A DNA stretch of 64,000 bases, from contig NC_045712.1 in NCBI RefSeq assembly GCF_009834535.1, forward strand, positions 3,038,001 to 3,102,000. The letters are read 5' to 3'. Under the pieces are notes generated by a model, which made no database searches, was not told the DNA's origin, and worked only from the letters and a program-made list of their open reading frames with translations. This document shows positions 1-12,949 of this stretch, one piece after another. This stretch comes from Camelus ferus (lineage: Eukaryota). A program made the translations under genes and the position numbers. How positions within the stretch are numbered: position 1 is the first letter of the stretch; each line of letters begins with the position of its first letter.

Positions 1-741
1 CAAGGAAATAGTAACATTTCTCCCAACCACCATAGGTTGGCTCTACCAAGCATGGTTTCCACTATCCTGACCCAGGAAGTAGAAACTGCAAAATGAACCT
101 GACTTTGGAACGGCTTCCTTCTCTCTCCTCGTGTCCAGTGCAGACTCTGCAGATGGGAACGGTTGTGGGGGCTCCCACTGCACTGAGCTCTCACAGTGTG
201 TGGTGCAGTCCTGACTTTTGCACTTACTTCTTAGCGATGGCTGACTGGTGTTAGCAGTACTATCACAGAAGAGACAAACACGTCCCATTCGAAAGGCCAA
301 TGAGAGGGATTCCAAGGACAGCAGTCCCCAGAAAGTAGTCAGTGCTTGATTCTACTGCGGGGTGTCCACCTGTGCCTCTGCCCTGGCTGATATGCAGCCA
401 ATCCAGCATAAAGTTCTGTAATTTAGTAGCTATGAGGCTAAGGCAAGACATGTAACTCCCACGAGCCTCAGTTTTCACCTTCATACACAGTGAGGAATAA
501 CTCATCTGTAGGCTAAGGACTATGAGCATTAATAAAAGGCCTGGCATATTGGTTGCTCAACCAGTGGGGCCGCATATATCATGCAAAAAGGAGCAGACGG
601 TAACCAAGAGGTTTTTGAAATAAGGTATTTGAACAAAATCACCAAAGAATAACTTTATTCCAAGTTAGTCTAAACGAGTTGAGTCCTTTTGAGAAGTGTG
701 GTCACAGTGCTTCCTGTAGACAGTCTGATATCAATACTTAC

Positions 742-917
742 CCCTCCGACTCTTTCGAAGTGGTCCCCATCTTTGTCAAAGTTGATCAGGTGCCCATTGA
801 ATGACCAAGTGAACACGATGTCTAGCGAGTGGTCGTGGGTTACCTGGCACGGCAGAACAATACTTTCCCCAACGGTGACGTCCATGCTGGCAGGGGGTAC
901 CATCACCCTTGTTGGAT
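742..917 (-). CDS. CNTN4: CNTN4 internal coding exon, 176 nt, first half of Ig-like domain 6 (about human exon 15; numbering from memory)
   Basis: Translates to (D)[58 protein letters not shown], nearly identical to human CNTN4 as I recall it and unlike CNTN3/CNTN6. Acceptor is ...tttccactctccag|AT (AG at 919-918); donor is GGG|GTAAGT (741-736). Starts in phase 1 and ends in phase 0. Confidence 0.97.
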
Positions 918-3900
918 CTGGAGAGTGGAAACAGAACAAAACAACAACAGAGCGGGTGAACTTGTGTGGACAGAAAATGCAGACTCCACATGCAGGAGGA
1001 AAGACTAAGCAGTTGTGCTTTATTTTTTTCTTAGGCTGTGACTGGCAAACCTCAGTCATCTGGGAAGCTCAGATTCGGGCCGGGAGGTCATCTTTAATAT
1101 GAAAAGATGAAAACGCTCATTATGTGAACCTGCACAGAGCAACAGAACTCGGCTGGGGTGCACTGAGGTTAGATCTCTTAAGACACCTCTGGAAGGAAGG
1201 GCTTCCTTCTGGCAGTCGGCTCGGAAATTGCCTCTTTAAAAAGGTTTTTAGATCTCCCCAGTTTCACTAGAAAGCAATCTTTCAGCTGAGTACAAACAAG
1301 AAATCCACGTTAATTGGCAGTTTGTTGGGCTTTCCTTTTTTCTATTATAAAAGTGATACATGTTGAGTATGGGGAATTTAGAAAATTCAGAAAAGTTAAA
1401 AGAAGGAACCAAAGAAACCAAAATAAAACAAAACAAAGTCCTATTTAGTCTCTGACTGTCCAGATAAAAAAAAATCCCTATTTTCATTTTAGGTTAATTT
1501 CCTCCTGTCTTTTGGATTCATAGTTTTTCAGTTGTTTGTAAACATGCTACACATATGATTTGCCTGCCTTTTCCCTCTGCTTAATGTAAAATAGGTTTAT
1601 ATCTTTATCCACATATTTTTATAATCTGCATAATATTCTATTAAGTTAACAGCATCAACCATTTTGAAACTAGTCAACATTTCGGTACATTTTATTATAC
1701 TATAAGTATAAACTATGCAGTAATGAACATCACCGACAAAACGATGGCTGCATATTACTCCTTTAAAGTGAGGACTACTAATTTGTTTTGAAATTCACTC
1801 TTTACACGGCAGTTCTAATTGGGAATGGAACGGGAGACTTGCTTGGCCAAGAGAGTTTATCAGCTCCAAAACTACATTCACTTATAGGTAGCCTCTTATT
1901 TTCACTGCAATATGATTTCATAAACGGTGTCAGAGAGTAAAATGGTGAAAAGCAATTTGACTTAAATAGAAAGGTCATGTAAGTGCCTGAAGAACGAAAT
2001 TATGAATCCAGGCAGATTCCAGAAATTTCTGTGTACTAAACCAAATAAAACCAACCAGACAAACCACAATAAAGATGACAAATCAAAAGGAAACAGAAAC
2101 AATAAAAAAAACCAATGGCGCATCCTCTCCCACGTTCACAGGGTTGTGTTTCACAGGTTGTGCAGCATGTAAACATTTACTGCATGTAGCTCCTAGATTA
2201 ACTCTCAGCTGGGAATCATGTCATAGTATCTCATAGGAGACTTCTGACTGGTCTTACTTTTCAACAATCCACACTAAAATTTCCTCTTTAAAGACAGCAT
2301 TTAAAGCAGGTTTCTACCCTTTCATCCAAATACGGAAAGCAAATATCTCAGGTCCTTAGAAAAGGAAGGTTTGTGTCCATAAATAGATTATAACCTAGTG
2401 GTGGGACACATTTCTGCTGTTTTCTGAACCTTGAGAAAGATCATAAGTGGACGGGTATGCTTTTAATCACTGTGAAGTGAGAATTGAAAAGCAGGTACTT
2501 CTAGCTAAGAGGTAATGGGAGAGAAAACTGTTTATTTCAAAACCTGAGGCTTTTGCAAGTCACATAATCAAAATCTGCTCTATTGACTGACTGACCCACA
2601 GGAAAAGATACACATTGAGCTTGTTTTTTTTTTTTTTAAATGAGGGAAAGAGCTGAGAGCAAATCACCTTAAAATAATGCTAAGCAAAAAATCTGAAAAT
2701 ATTGACACAACATTGTGAAATGACTATTACTCAAGATAAAAATGTTAAAAAAATCTCAGAATAGCTTATCACTTTGACTTAACATGTCATTTATCATTTT
2801 TTAATTTAAATTTTTATCTATAAAATGAAGATTGGAACATATAATTCCTGGTCAAAATGATATAGGTCTATGTTTTTTATTTGGCAAGACATCACATTAT
2901 TCTACTTTAAATAGTTGTCCACTGATTTTGCATTTTAGATATTCATTTTAAGGTACCTTCATTTATCTGTTGATTTATCCACTGAGCATGAGTTTTGTGT
3001 GATATGAATAACAGTGTCCTCGTACTAAGAGAGATATAAAAAACTGGGGGGAATAATAACATTGGTAAAAACTAACTGAGCCCCTTACATTCTGGACACC
3101 ACGTTACCTGCTTGACACTGATTATTTCATTTATTCTTAACAAACAGGTAGTATTATCCTTGCTATTTAACAGATGAGGGAAAGTGGTGCCTGAGAGTAG
3201 TTAAGGTACCACCTATTGTGCGAAGCTGCCTCCCTTCATGTAGCTGGAAAGATGATCTCCCTTCACAAGCCATCCAGAGAGCAAGCCTAAGGGTGTAACA
3301 CAGCACTTCGCACTCCGGCTTCTGTGTGGTCAGCTGGGGATCTGCAAATGCAGGAGAAACTCAAAGAAGGCCATGGCGTGAAGACAGTTTCGGAGGACTT
3401 CACTGCAAGAGTACTGAGGTTACTGCCTTCGACAGGTAAGAGGGAGTGATGATTTTATGCCTACAAAGCTGGCTCTGGCTATAAGCTTACACATCAAACT
3501 GGTGAGTGCAGAGTCAAATGTCCATACTCAAGTCCTTGAACATGTCTTGCTCCCTGTCTCCTGACAACTTCTGGGTGAGTAGCAAGGAGCTGGCACGTAC
3601 CCCAAAGCCTAGAGCCATCTGCGATTCTGGCTCATGTCTTAATTGTCATTTGTTTCCAAAAGAAATGTCCATCCCTTTGTGCACATGGAAGGATCTGGGA
3701 CAGATGTGATTATTGGTGAACTCAGTTGCCTGTTAACCAAGGACCAGAGAAGTTCCCTAAATCAAGGATTATGCTGCTACAGTTGCCGTGCTGACCGCTG
3801 CTAATTCATTCACTTAGCACCTGTCACCGATTCACATTTTGAGACCTGAGGCAGCAAGGATCAACGCAAAGGAAGCCGAGCGCTGTACACACACCAGAGA

Positions 3901-5239
3901 GGTCTCCTTGGGACCAGACTAGATTAAACTAAAGAGGTTCAAAAACTCATTAGCTCCTCGGTTTTCTCAAATTGTAGGCTTGTTCTGTACTCCTGTCTTC
4001 TGTGTTGTGAATTCCGATGCTTTTTACTTGATTAATTTCCTTACATTTGAATACAAACACTGTACACAAATAAACAGATGGCTTTTCAAAACAAAACTGT
4101 CTCCCTTCCTTTGGTTTTAATTCATCAAGATCAGGAAGAACTTGTATTTACGACTTCTGTTCTGAAGAGTCACTCCAGCTATTGTTCTGTGCATAGAACT
4201 CTCAAAGGCAATTAGGACTCAAGATGTGAATTGATGTCTGGATTTGGATGTAATTAAATAGCAACAATAAACAGAACCAACAACACCCCTAAACTTTCCA
4301 GCTTATGGTTCGTTCATCCTGTGGAGAATGATAAATTCAGAACTCCAGAGGATTGCTGCTTAAGAATATATGTGTATATATATATATATGTATTTTCCAA
4401 GTGCTTAACCCTCCTAGAATGAAAAAAATCCCTTTATGCTTTACAGTTTTTCTATAATATAGAGAGGACAGAAAGTAAACCAAGTGTTTTTTTCCTAAAG
4501 ATGATAGCAACCACGAGAGAGATTTAATTATTAACCACTCTGTTAATGATTAGGTCAACAGGTGCGTAAGTCGTAACTCTTATTATCCAAGTTCTACTAC
4601 ATCCTGACATGCGCTGTTCGTAGGAAAGCTTTCTGATTTAGGGCTTTTATTATCTGTAAAAACAAGCGCCTGAGGGTTTATAGGATAGGAATTCCATTTT
4701 GATGCTGCCTACCTTTTACTATACCGACCCCTCCATCTCGGTTTATAATTTCTTTACCTTTCCCACACAGGACCAAGACACTCACTTGGCGCCGATTGGA
4801 AAAGTATTTAATGTGTGTTTTAGTCATCTTCATTCAGGGGTGGTATACATCTCCTTTTGTTAGTGAATTTCGTGACTGCAGTGGTTTTGATCATGCCTTT
4901 TAGTCAGGTTGTGTCTTCTTTTCTAAATTTGAGAGGGAGATTTTTAAAAATGGGATTCTTTAAAAACAGAAGCAGCTAGTCAAAGAGCTGACAGTCAGCT
5001 CACCTCAAATGACACAGAAGGGGACTGGGTAGAGAACAATTCTTAACAGTCCTTAAATGACACCACAAAGATAGCTGGTTAATGATCACAATCAACCTAG
5101 AGGTAGAATCTTTATGGGTGAATTTAAGCACTTTCTAGTTGGTCCTATTTTTCTGATAAAAATAAAACCAGTGCTGGATGAACTATTTTTTCAAACATCA
5201 ATTCTGCATAAGACACAGATCTAAAAGGAAGCCTCTAAA

Positions 5240-5500
5240 CATGAGATGAGAATTGAAATTCCCAGTGATTTCAAGCTGGACCAATCCTTTAATTTACAAT
5301 GGAATTTAATAGGGGTAAAGGCAAAAAGCTACACTTATGAAAATCAGCTACTTAGGTTCAGGCTCGGGGAAAACCGGGCTGGAAGTTCACATGGGAAAGA
5401 CTTCAGCATTTCAGTCCCGACACGATCGTGCAGCTGCCAAAAGAAGCTAATGCAAGCTTAGGTGCATTAACGCCATATGGTATGCCACCTTACAGAGGTA
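5240..5500 (+). mobile_element. CR1/L3 LINE fragment
   Basis: tggaatttaataggggtaaaggcaaaa...gctgccaaaagaagctaatgcaagcttaggtgcattaa. Confidence 0.7.
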
Positions 5501-6491
5501 TACACCCCACCATATTTTGCAGTAGTAAGACCACAGCTTACTAGGAACATCCTTTGGATTCACTGGCAGATGAGCACACCGAGGTTTAGTGAAGGATCCA
5601 ATAAATCTATAAGAGCTAAAATTAATGAAAATGTTTGACACTGAAAAATTAGAGGAGACATGAGACTGGTCTGCAAATATGGGAAGGGTTTATAGGCAGA
5701 AGATGAATTAAGCTTATTTTGTGTTGCTTCAACATAGAAAGTAAAGCGTACCTACGAGGACGCATACTTTAGCTCCATATAAAGGATTACTTTCTAATGA
5801 TTTGACCTTATCAACAGGGACATGGGCTGCCTCAGGAAAACAAGCATCGCCATTTCTAGAAGTATGCAAGTGGAGGTGGTCTCCATCAGAGACAGCATGT
5901 CAGGCTGCACCGGAAGCCAGCAGGCTAGATGAAGCCTGCCATCTTTCTGAAGAGCAGATGAATGCAAGCCACCTTCCCAATGCTTTCCTGGCCACTCCAC
6001 TCGGGTGATTCCTTCCTCGTGTAAAGCTTGTCAGCATTAACTGTTCTATTTCTTCGATGTTCAGCGTGAGCACTGCTGTGGAATACCATTTACATAGATT
6101 CAGTTTCTCCCCTGTAATCAGGTTCCTGGGGGTCAGGGATCACATCTTACACTTTTACAAATCCCTGGTGCCGAGCTCTGTCCCTGCTCACCAGAGATGG
6201 CTAAAGATTAAGTTGCTGATGATCTATGAATGGCCGTGCTGGTTACTGACCCAAGCAAGGACCTGAACCTTGGCATGCTGTAGACTGGGAAGCTGTTGTG
6301 CTGTATTTCTTATTATCTATCCTGACTTAAGTTGACTACAGAACACAAACAAGCAGCCGCCTAAGCGCTCACTCACTGTGCAGACTCTGACCCCCTTGTC
6401 TGCTCACTGCTGACTTCTGCCTCTAAGACCACATTTAGAATTTATTTTTGCTTGCTTCTAAAAAGGAATTCATTTTAAAAAGTAATTTATT

Positions 6492-6717
6492 ATAAATTAG
6501 GGGTTGGGGATTAACAGACACACATAGGGAACTGTATTCAATTTCTTGTAATATATAATGGAAAGGAATCTGAAAAGAAAAAATATCTATGTTATGTGTA
6601 TGTATAACTGAATCACTTTGCTGTACACCTGAAACTAACATTGTAAACTGACACTTCAATTAAAAAAAATTAAAAAAGTAAAGATAATTAGGGATCAAAA
6701 TAAATAAATAAGTAAAT
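6492..6717 (+). mobile_element. 5'-truncated cetartiodactyl-type L1 3' UTR with tails
   Basis: ...GAATCACTTTGCTGTACACCTGAAACTAACATTGTAAA... followed by A-rich tails. Homologous to the inverted copy at 41182-41400. Confidence 0.85.
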
Positions 6718-6724
6718 AAAAAGG

Positions 6725-7835
6725 AATTTATTTAAAAAGTAACTTATTTGAAATAATTTCAATCTCACAGAAAAGTTGCCAGAAAAATGCAAAAAACTCT
6801 ATCACCTTCACACAGAGCCGTCCATTGTTAATATTTTATTGCACTTGCTTATTTCATATTCTTTTCTCTCTTACACGTAACAGAGATGTGTAACAGATAT
6901 ATGTGGTATTATCGATAATTTATATTCATCTACTATCATTAGTCTCTTTCTGAACCTTTTGAGAGCCACTACAGGCATGTCTCATCACCCTTAAACAATC
7001 CAGTGTGTATTTCCTCCAGCAAGGATACTTTCCTAATAATCAGCACAAGACCCTCCAAATGAGGAAAGCAACTCTGCCACATCAACACTAGGCAACTCAG
7101 ATCCCATTTAAAATTTGCTGACTTTCTTAGTAATGTCTTTTTATCCGTTGATCCAGGACCTCATCCAGGAATAAATGTTGAATTTAATTGTCATGCGTCT
7201 TTAGATGCCTTCAAGTGAGAACATTTCTTTAGTCTTTCCTTATCTTTTAAAATCCTTGACAGTTTTAAAGAGGATAGAGCTTACATCCTGTAGGGTGACT
7301 CTCAGCCTGGGTTTATCTGCTGTTTCCCTTCTAAGGGCATCGAATCAGGAGTTGGGTGATGAGTTATCTGGGCAGGGATTCCAAAATTACAGCAGTATCT
7401 TGATGCTCATTAAACCTCCACCCACCAGCCTTAGGTTCCACTGAAGACTCTTGCCTGAAGCAACCTCTCTGATGTGGCCAAATGGCCAGTCTCTGTTTCT
7501 GTCATTCCTTCTACATACACTAAATGACATTCTACTGTAAAGGAGAGCTTTCCTCTCCCATTCATTCATTCATTCATTCATTCACTCTTGGCTTCCTATT
7601 TTATTCAATGAATTGCAGTACATTACCAGTGTCACTTATTTTAATGCTCAAATTGCCCCCATTTTGGCCAGGAGCAGTTCTTTTAAGCTGGCTCCTGTGC
7701 CCTGGTGACATTTTGTTGTCATTTGTTGAGTGTTTCCTTACTTTCGGCCCCAGGATTGGTGCTTTCTCTCAGGAGGGCTGGTACTTTTTAGTGGAGGATG
7801 GTTTTGAGAAACCAAGATGTGGACAGCTCTGCACT
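6725..7835 (-). mobile_element. Old L1MC/L1MD-type 3' end fragment(s)
   Basis: Recognisable segments: ttgaaataatttcaatctcacagaaaagttgc; aagctggctcctgtg; ttttagtggaggatggttttgagaaaccaagat. Confidence 0.65.
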
Positions 7836-8319
7836 CAGCCATTCTAGGCCCTCTCAGCCAAAGAGGTGAGTGCGCGTGCACGTGCGCGCGCATACACACA
7901 CACGTACAATACACATACATCTCCATCTACAACTGTTTCTATTTGCTTAATCAACTTACGTTTCTGTTTGCTATAATCAACCCCCCAGCTTTGTCCACTG
8001 TCTCCTCTGCCCACCACCTCTGCACCTACCCTCAACTACCCCACATCCTGAGATTCTGGCCCGTAGATTCATGCCTCCATATACCTCTCCAGCCTGCCTC
8101 ACTCCCCTATATCCTCAGCCTATGTCGACTCCTCTTGTGCTGGGAAGCAAAAGGATGATAGGAAGAGAAAGAAAAGAAATGGAAGGAACAACAGGACTTA
8201 GACTGCCGTAGTGTTTAAAATATAAAAATTTTAAGTGACTACCCCACAGAAAAATAAAATTAAGAAGATGGCTAACTCTAATTCTAGAGCCTATGCAATT
8301 TAAAAATTAAAGTTTTATG

Positions 8320-8497
8320 AAGGGGCAGGGTATAGCTCAAGTAGTAGAATCTGTGTTTAGCGAGGTCCTAGGTTCAATCCCCAGTATCTCTTCTAAAAAT
8401 AAACAAATAGATAAATAAATGAATTAATTAAATAAGTTACCTCCCCTCCCCCGAAAATAAGATTAAATTAAAAATGAAAAAAATAAACAAATTTTTT
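8320..8497 (+). mobile_element. Camelid vic-1-like tRNA-derived SINE, long-tail type
   Basis: GGGGCAGGGTATAGCTCAAGTAGTAG (A box)...GGTTCAATCC (B box)...A-rich tail. Exact 17-bp TSD AAAATTAAAGTTTTATG at 8303-8319 and 8498-8514, next to a TT/AAAA site. Confidence 0.9.
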
Positions 8498-11400
8498 AAA
8501 ATTAAAGTTTTATGCTACTTCTTAGAAGAATAAATACAGAATGCATTACTTTACTAAAATTGAAACACCCTGAGTTCTGCATTTCACACCAGGGTGAAAA
8601 TTTGAATCAGTACATCCATAAAATATCTATTGTCAGGAACAAGGCATTACTCAAAATTAATTAACCTTTTAGATAATCATTTATTTTTAAATAGAGGAAA
8701 ATTGATTAATATTCTAATTCTTCTCTGCTAGGTTGTTTGGAAAGCAGCTATCAAAACAAGCAACAACATAGGTTCCAGTTGGTTCTTTTTCCCCTGATTT
8801 ACTTTTCAAAACTCCATTCTGCAGGGAGTCAGATAGGGACGTGGGGAAGGATGGGGTGGGTGAGGTCATCCCTGAGAAATCTACACCACTTAGCTAAAAG
8901 TCCTTTTCAGATGGTTCCATTATTGCTACTTGTGAGGGTGTGAATTCTTCTCTGCTGTATTTGCTGACTGTCTCTTAGGGGGCCAGAATTCCTCACTGTC
9001 TTTGTAATTTTGGTTTGGAAGTTCATCTTATAAGGAAATTTTTTTCTTCCTCATGAACATTCCTCCATGTTATATAGTTATAAAACCCTAAACAGGTTAT
9101 GTGAAGGGTTTAGGATTCGCATCCCATATGGTAGCAAAATACAGGGCATTGCACCTTATATTGTACAGACCTGGCTCTTGTTTCCTTAGGTGGACTTGCT
9201 GCCCACCCTGGCCATCAATAATTTCCCTTTCAACTACTTGAATCTGAGAATTCTCTCCTCCCTTGTATCCACCCCAGCTTCCCGGTAGGAAGCCGAGATC
9301 CAGACCCTGGCTTGAGGCGTAGGCAGCTTTAACTGCCAAAATATCCTCATGAAATAAAATACATTCAAAGCATAATCATCTAGATGTATTTGGTATTTGT
9401 TTCCAACAGTCCATTTGGGTTATAATTATTACATTTTTGGAAATCTTTTAAACATTTGATTTTTTTTCAGACGTTTACTTTTCACTTAGATATGTTTCGT
9501 ACTGAGCAGCTATGGCTATGAATTGAGAATTTAAAAAAATTAAAATAAGTGGACACTATTTTTCTTTGTTTATCTTACCTCTCTATTTGTTAACACAATT
9601 AAAATATGATTTTGTTGTGTGAAAAAGTGAAGGGAACCAGTTGGAAAAAAAAAAAGCAGTGCTTTTATCTTGGCTGAAGACAAAGAAATCTTTCCTTTGT
9701 AGGTGGTGGAAAAACACAGCAATAGCATAGACTTTCACACGTCAAGGTTTTTAATCGATTCATGCCAAGAAGCACTGCCACACGGTATTGTGACCTGGTT
9801 CTTTGAACAACCTGTGCAGCTTGACAAATGACATGGGAAGAAAAAACACAAAACAAATTCTGACCCCAGACTGAGCAGAAACGGGAGGCTTCTGTAAGGT
9901 AATTTACAAATCACCCCCTGAGCAGAATGCTTACCTATCTATTTTCAAGGACTAGGAAAAAACACAAAGCAGAACTGTTTAATAAGCTTGACTGTCACCC
10001 ATGGAAACTGCGATGCACACGCCAATTGAGGGTGACCAAGTGTAAGTACGTCGGAGACAAGCAGCCAAATGATAATCAAAGTTACTACATTTGCCTGGTC
10101 AAAGTGTGTAGCATAAAGCCCCTGTTTCATTATGCAGCCTGTTCTCATGACTTCCCAAGGCTCTTGGCTGCCTTTTAGGCCTCCAAGACGGTTACAACCA
10201 TTCATGATGAATTTCTGTTTTGCCTTGTTTGGTATTAAATAGTCAAGTCAAAATTTGTCTTAAAATCATTCCTGGTCAACTTGTTTGCTCTTTTTTTTTT
10301 TTTTTTTTTTAACCTGCCACTAGGGCAAACCACCCTTCTGGTTTTGGATTTGTGACATGTTTTAGTTGCTGGGATGTCTTTCCAAATGGACAAAAATTTT
10401 CTGCAGGTGCATGAGCTTCCACTATGAATAAAAATACTTCTCAAGCTAATTAGGAGCCATAACAGAGGGAGAGCTGGGTGCGTGACATTTACCCTCTCAC
10501 GTTTTCTTTCTTTCAGATTTAAAACAAATGATCCTCATAGACTATTGGAAAGGACTATTCTCACTGACAAATTAAATGAAGCGTTTCTTCAAGTCAAGAT
10601 ATAATGAAAATTACACTATGCCACTTTTCAGACCGTGATTGAAGATAAAAAAGAATGATAAATGGGACCCACAGATCTCTTTGAACCATGGAGAAACATT
10701 TGTATCATATAATAATTAGAATTTTTCTTTTGGAGATGGAGGAATTACAGGCCTGTTTTTGTTGTTGTTGTTTTGTTTTGTTTTTTAGTTTTTGTTTTTT
10801 TTTTTACATCAACTACATATGAGTAACTCGCCCTGATGAGTCACTGGGCAAAAAAATTCCAAAGAAATCCCTTGAATGCCAGGGAAATAAAATAAATCCC
10901 ATCCTATGGCATGCATAGGAATAGTGAAATGAGGTCTTTTGCTGATTAAAGGAATATATTACTGCACCTGATGGGCGTCTGGCTGTATCTACTGACACGA
11001 GGTGAGAGAATATTTACCTAAACTACAATAGAAACAGAATGTACACCTTGAGGCAAGGGCAAGGAAGTCCACTGACAGTGCCTTCCAGTGTCACTCATCA
11101 CATGCAAATCACCAACTTCCTGCAGTTTGTTACGTGGGGAAGGACCAGGGTCTGGTCAGTAGGTGGTGCTGAAGCCACAGCAGAAGGAGAAAGTGTCCCT
11201 TTTCTGTTCATCCTGCTGCTCTCAGCAATTTTCCAATTCCTCTGTTTAAGGACCCTGCATCTTGGAAAAGAGGCAATAATGCTCAAAGTCTGAAGCGCTA
11301 TTTCTTTGTTTGCTTACAGATTTGAGAAAAGGTCACCGAGGAGCATATGACATTTAAAAAAGAGGGTTTTCCTATCTTTGTGGGAATAATTAGGTCCCTC

Positions 11401-12401
11401 CCATTATTTGGTGCAGGAAGGGTTGAGGTAGAAACAAAATCAAAATTTGGCAAAACAAAATCAAACAAGCCCCCGACCCAAACCTCTAGGCTACTCTCGA
11501 CTAGCTTGTTTGGAGGCTTGTCTGTAATTCTAAGTGCACTTCTGCCTGCAATCCCTCAGGATGGACGACGGTTAATAGCTCCCAGGCCCCTGCAGGTGCC
11601 GAGATGCTCCTTTTGTGTGCCTGGCAGGTAAGGCACCCTGAGTTTAGCTAACTGAGTCCTCTTCTGTTGCTCCTGAGTGTGATCTGTATGTACATTCGAT
11701 GAAATTTAAAGGCAGGAGAATGAACATGAGGAGGGTCTTCAATGAAGACGCTGTTCCTGCTCTTCACTCGGAGGAGAAAGAGGGAAATAGCTGGGAAACA
11801 CACTCGTGTCAGGAAGAACTACCTTATGGGGTAGATTTGAGGGTCGCTGCACATTGGGTCCAATCTTCCACACCAGAGACAGGGACACTTTCCTTTCTAC
11901 TGAGAGTTGCTGACCCAGAGAGAAAAAAAAAATCAATAGAGGGTCAGAGAAGTAGAAAGCAACTTAATTTAGTTAATTTTCAGAGAGATGTTTACAACTT
12001 TTCCTGACTTTTAAATTAGGTACAGGGACACAAAAATCTAAAGGTACATCAAATAATTTAAAACACACCTAATGTCTGTAATGGACAGTGGAAGTGAGGG
12101 AGAGTGGGACAGCAGAGAGATGGAGAAAAGAAGAAAATACAGAGAAACAGAGCGAGGGGGACAGAAGCAGAGAACGGCAGAATCCCCTGCTTCATAAACC
12201 CCAGAGAAATTAGATGCTGAATAAAGGACACCCCACCAAGAGGAAGGCACACAGCCGCCAAAGAATTTCTGGAAAGTGAAAAAGCAGTCTTTTGCAGAGT
12301 TACAAATGTTCCATCCATAGTTTTCAGGACATCAAAATAGAAAACTTTTATTGGGCAAGCTGCATCTTTATAAATATAACCATTTACATACAGATAAGTT
12401 G

Positions 12402-12949
12402 CCTAGGGGAGCAAAATTCGCTACCCCGAAATGTGTCTCTTTGGCATGAAGATTAATTTAGTCTGATTTGTTTTAAGAAACAGAAGACTCAGAAAGTCTT
12501 TCTTTGTACCATCCCCCTTGCTGCCTGTAGAATCTGGACAGAGTGCCCATTTCTGGAGCTATCCCAGAGATATCTGCATAGAATATGGGCCAGGTGCCCT
12601 GGGGGAGACTCCGAGGGGCCTGCAGCTCAGAGTCCTCTGTGTCCCATTGTCGCTGCCCCACCCAGCAAACATCTGTGTACCTGATTTTTGCTTTTCCATC
12701 TCCATTCAATTGTCTTCTTCTCCTTTGAAGTCCCAAACCCCTACCCCTGTCCCCCTCTTTTGTCTTTAGCTGAAGACAGTATTTAACGTGGGGGTTTCCT
12801 CCATTTGGGAGAGTTAAGTTTTTCTGGGTCTCTCCATGTATACATGTTGTTAAACTTCTGTTTGATTTTTCTCCTGTTAATTCGTCTTATGCCAATTTAA
12901 TTCTCAAAAAAACCTAGAAGGGTAAAGGAAAATTTCTTCCTCCCTGACA
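12402..12949 (+). mobile_element. ERV1 solo LTR, MER34-like
   Basis: Start is (cc)taggggagcaaaattcgctaccccgaaatgtgtctctttggcat; end is ggaaaatttcttcctccctgaCA. TATA-like gtatttaa lies near 12779. 4-bp flanks are GTTG and GATG. Confidence 0.75.

Noticed and set aside
673-699. Intronic peptide TLLKRTQLV resembles TLLKRVTLV in the upstream CNTN4 exon (from memory)
   Set aside because: Only nine residues, with weak nucleotide similarity and no extension on either side. Most likely coincidence.
670-1059. 129-aa track ORF as a stand-alone gene
   Set aside because: Only 742-917 is contactin-like and bounded by splice sites; the rest is intron read in frame. The 3' extension is treated separately as a finding.
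1192-1209. GAAGGAAG-gg-CTTCCTTC hairpin
   Set aside because: An 8-bp low-complexity stem is expected by chance.
8320-8395. tRNA genes at the SINE heads (also 43816 and 55181)
   Set aside because: A and B boxes are present, but there is no complete acceptor stem. A-tails and TSDs show they are retroposed SINEs.
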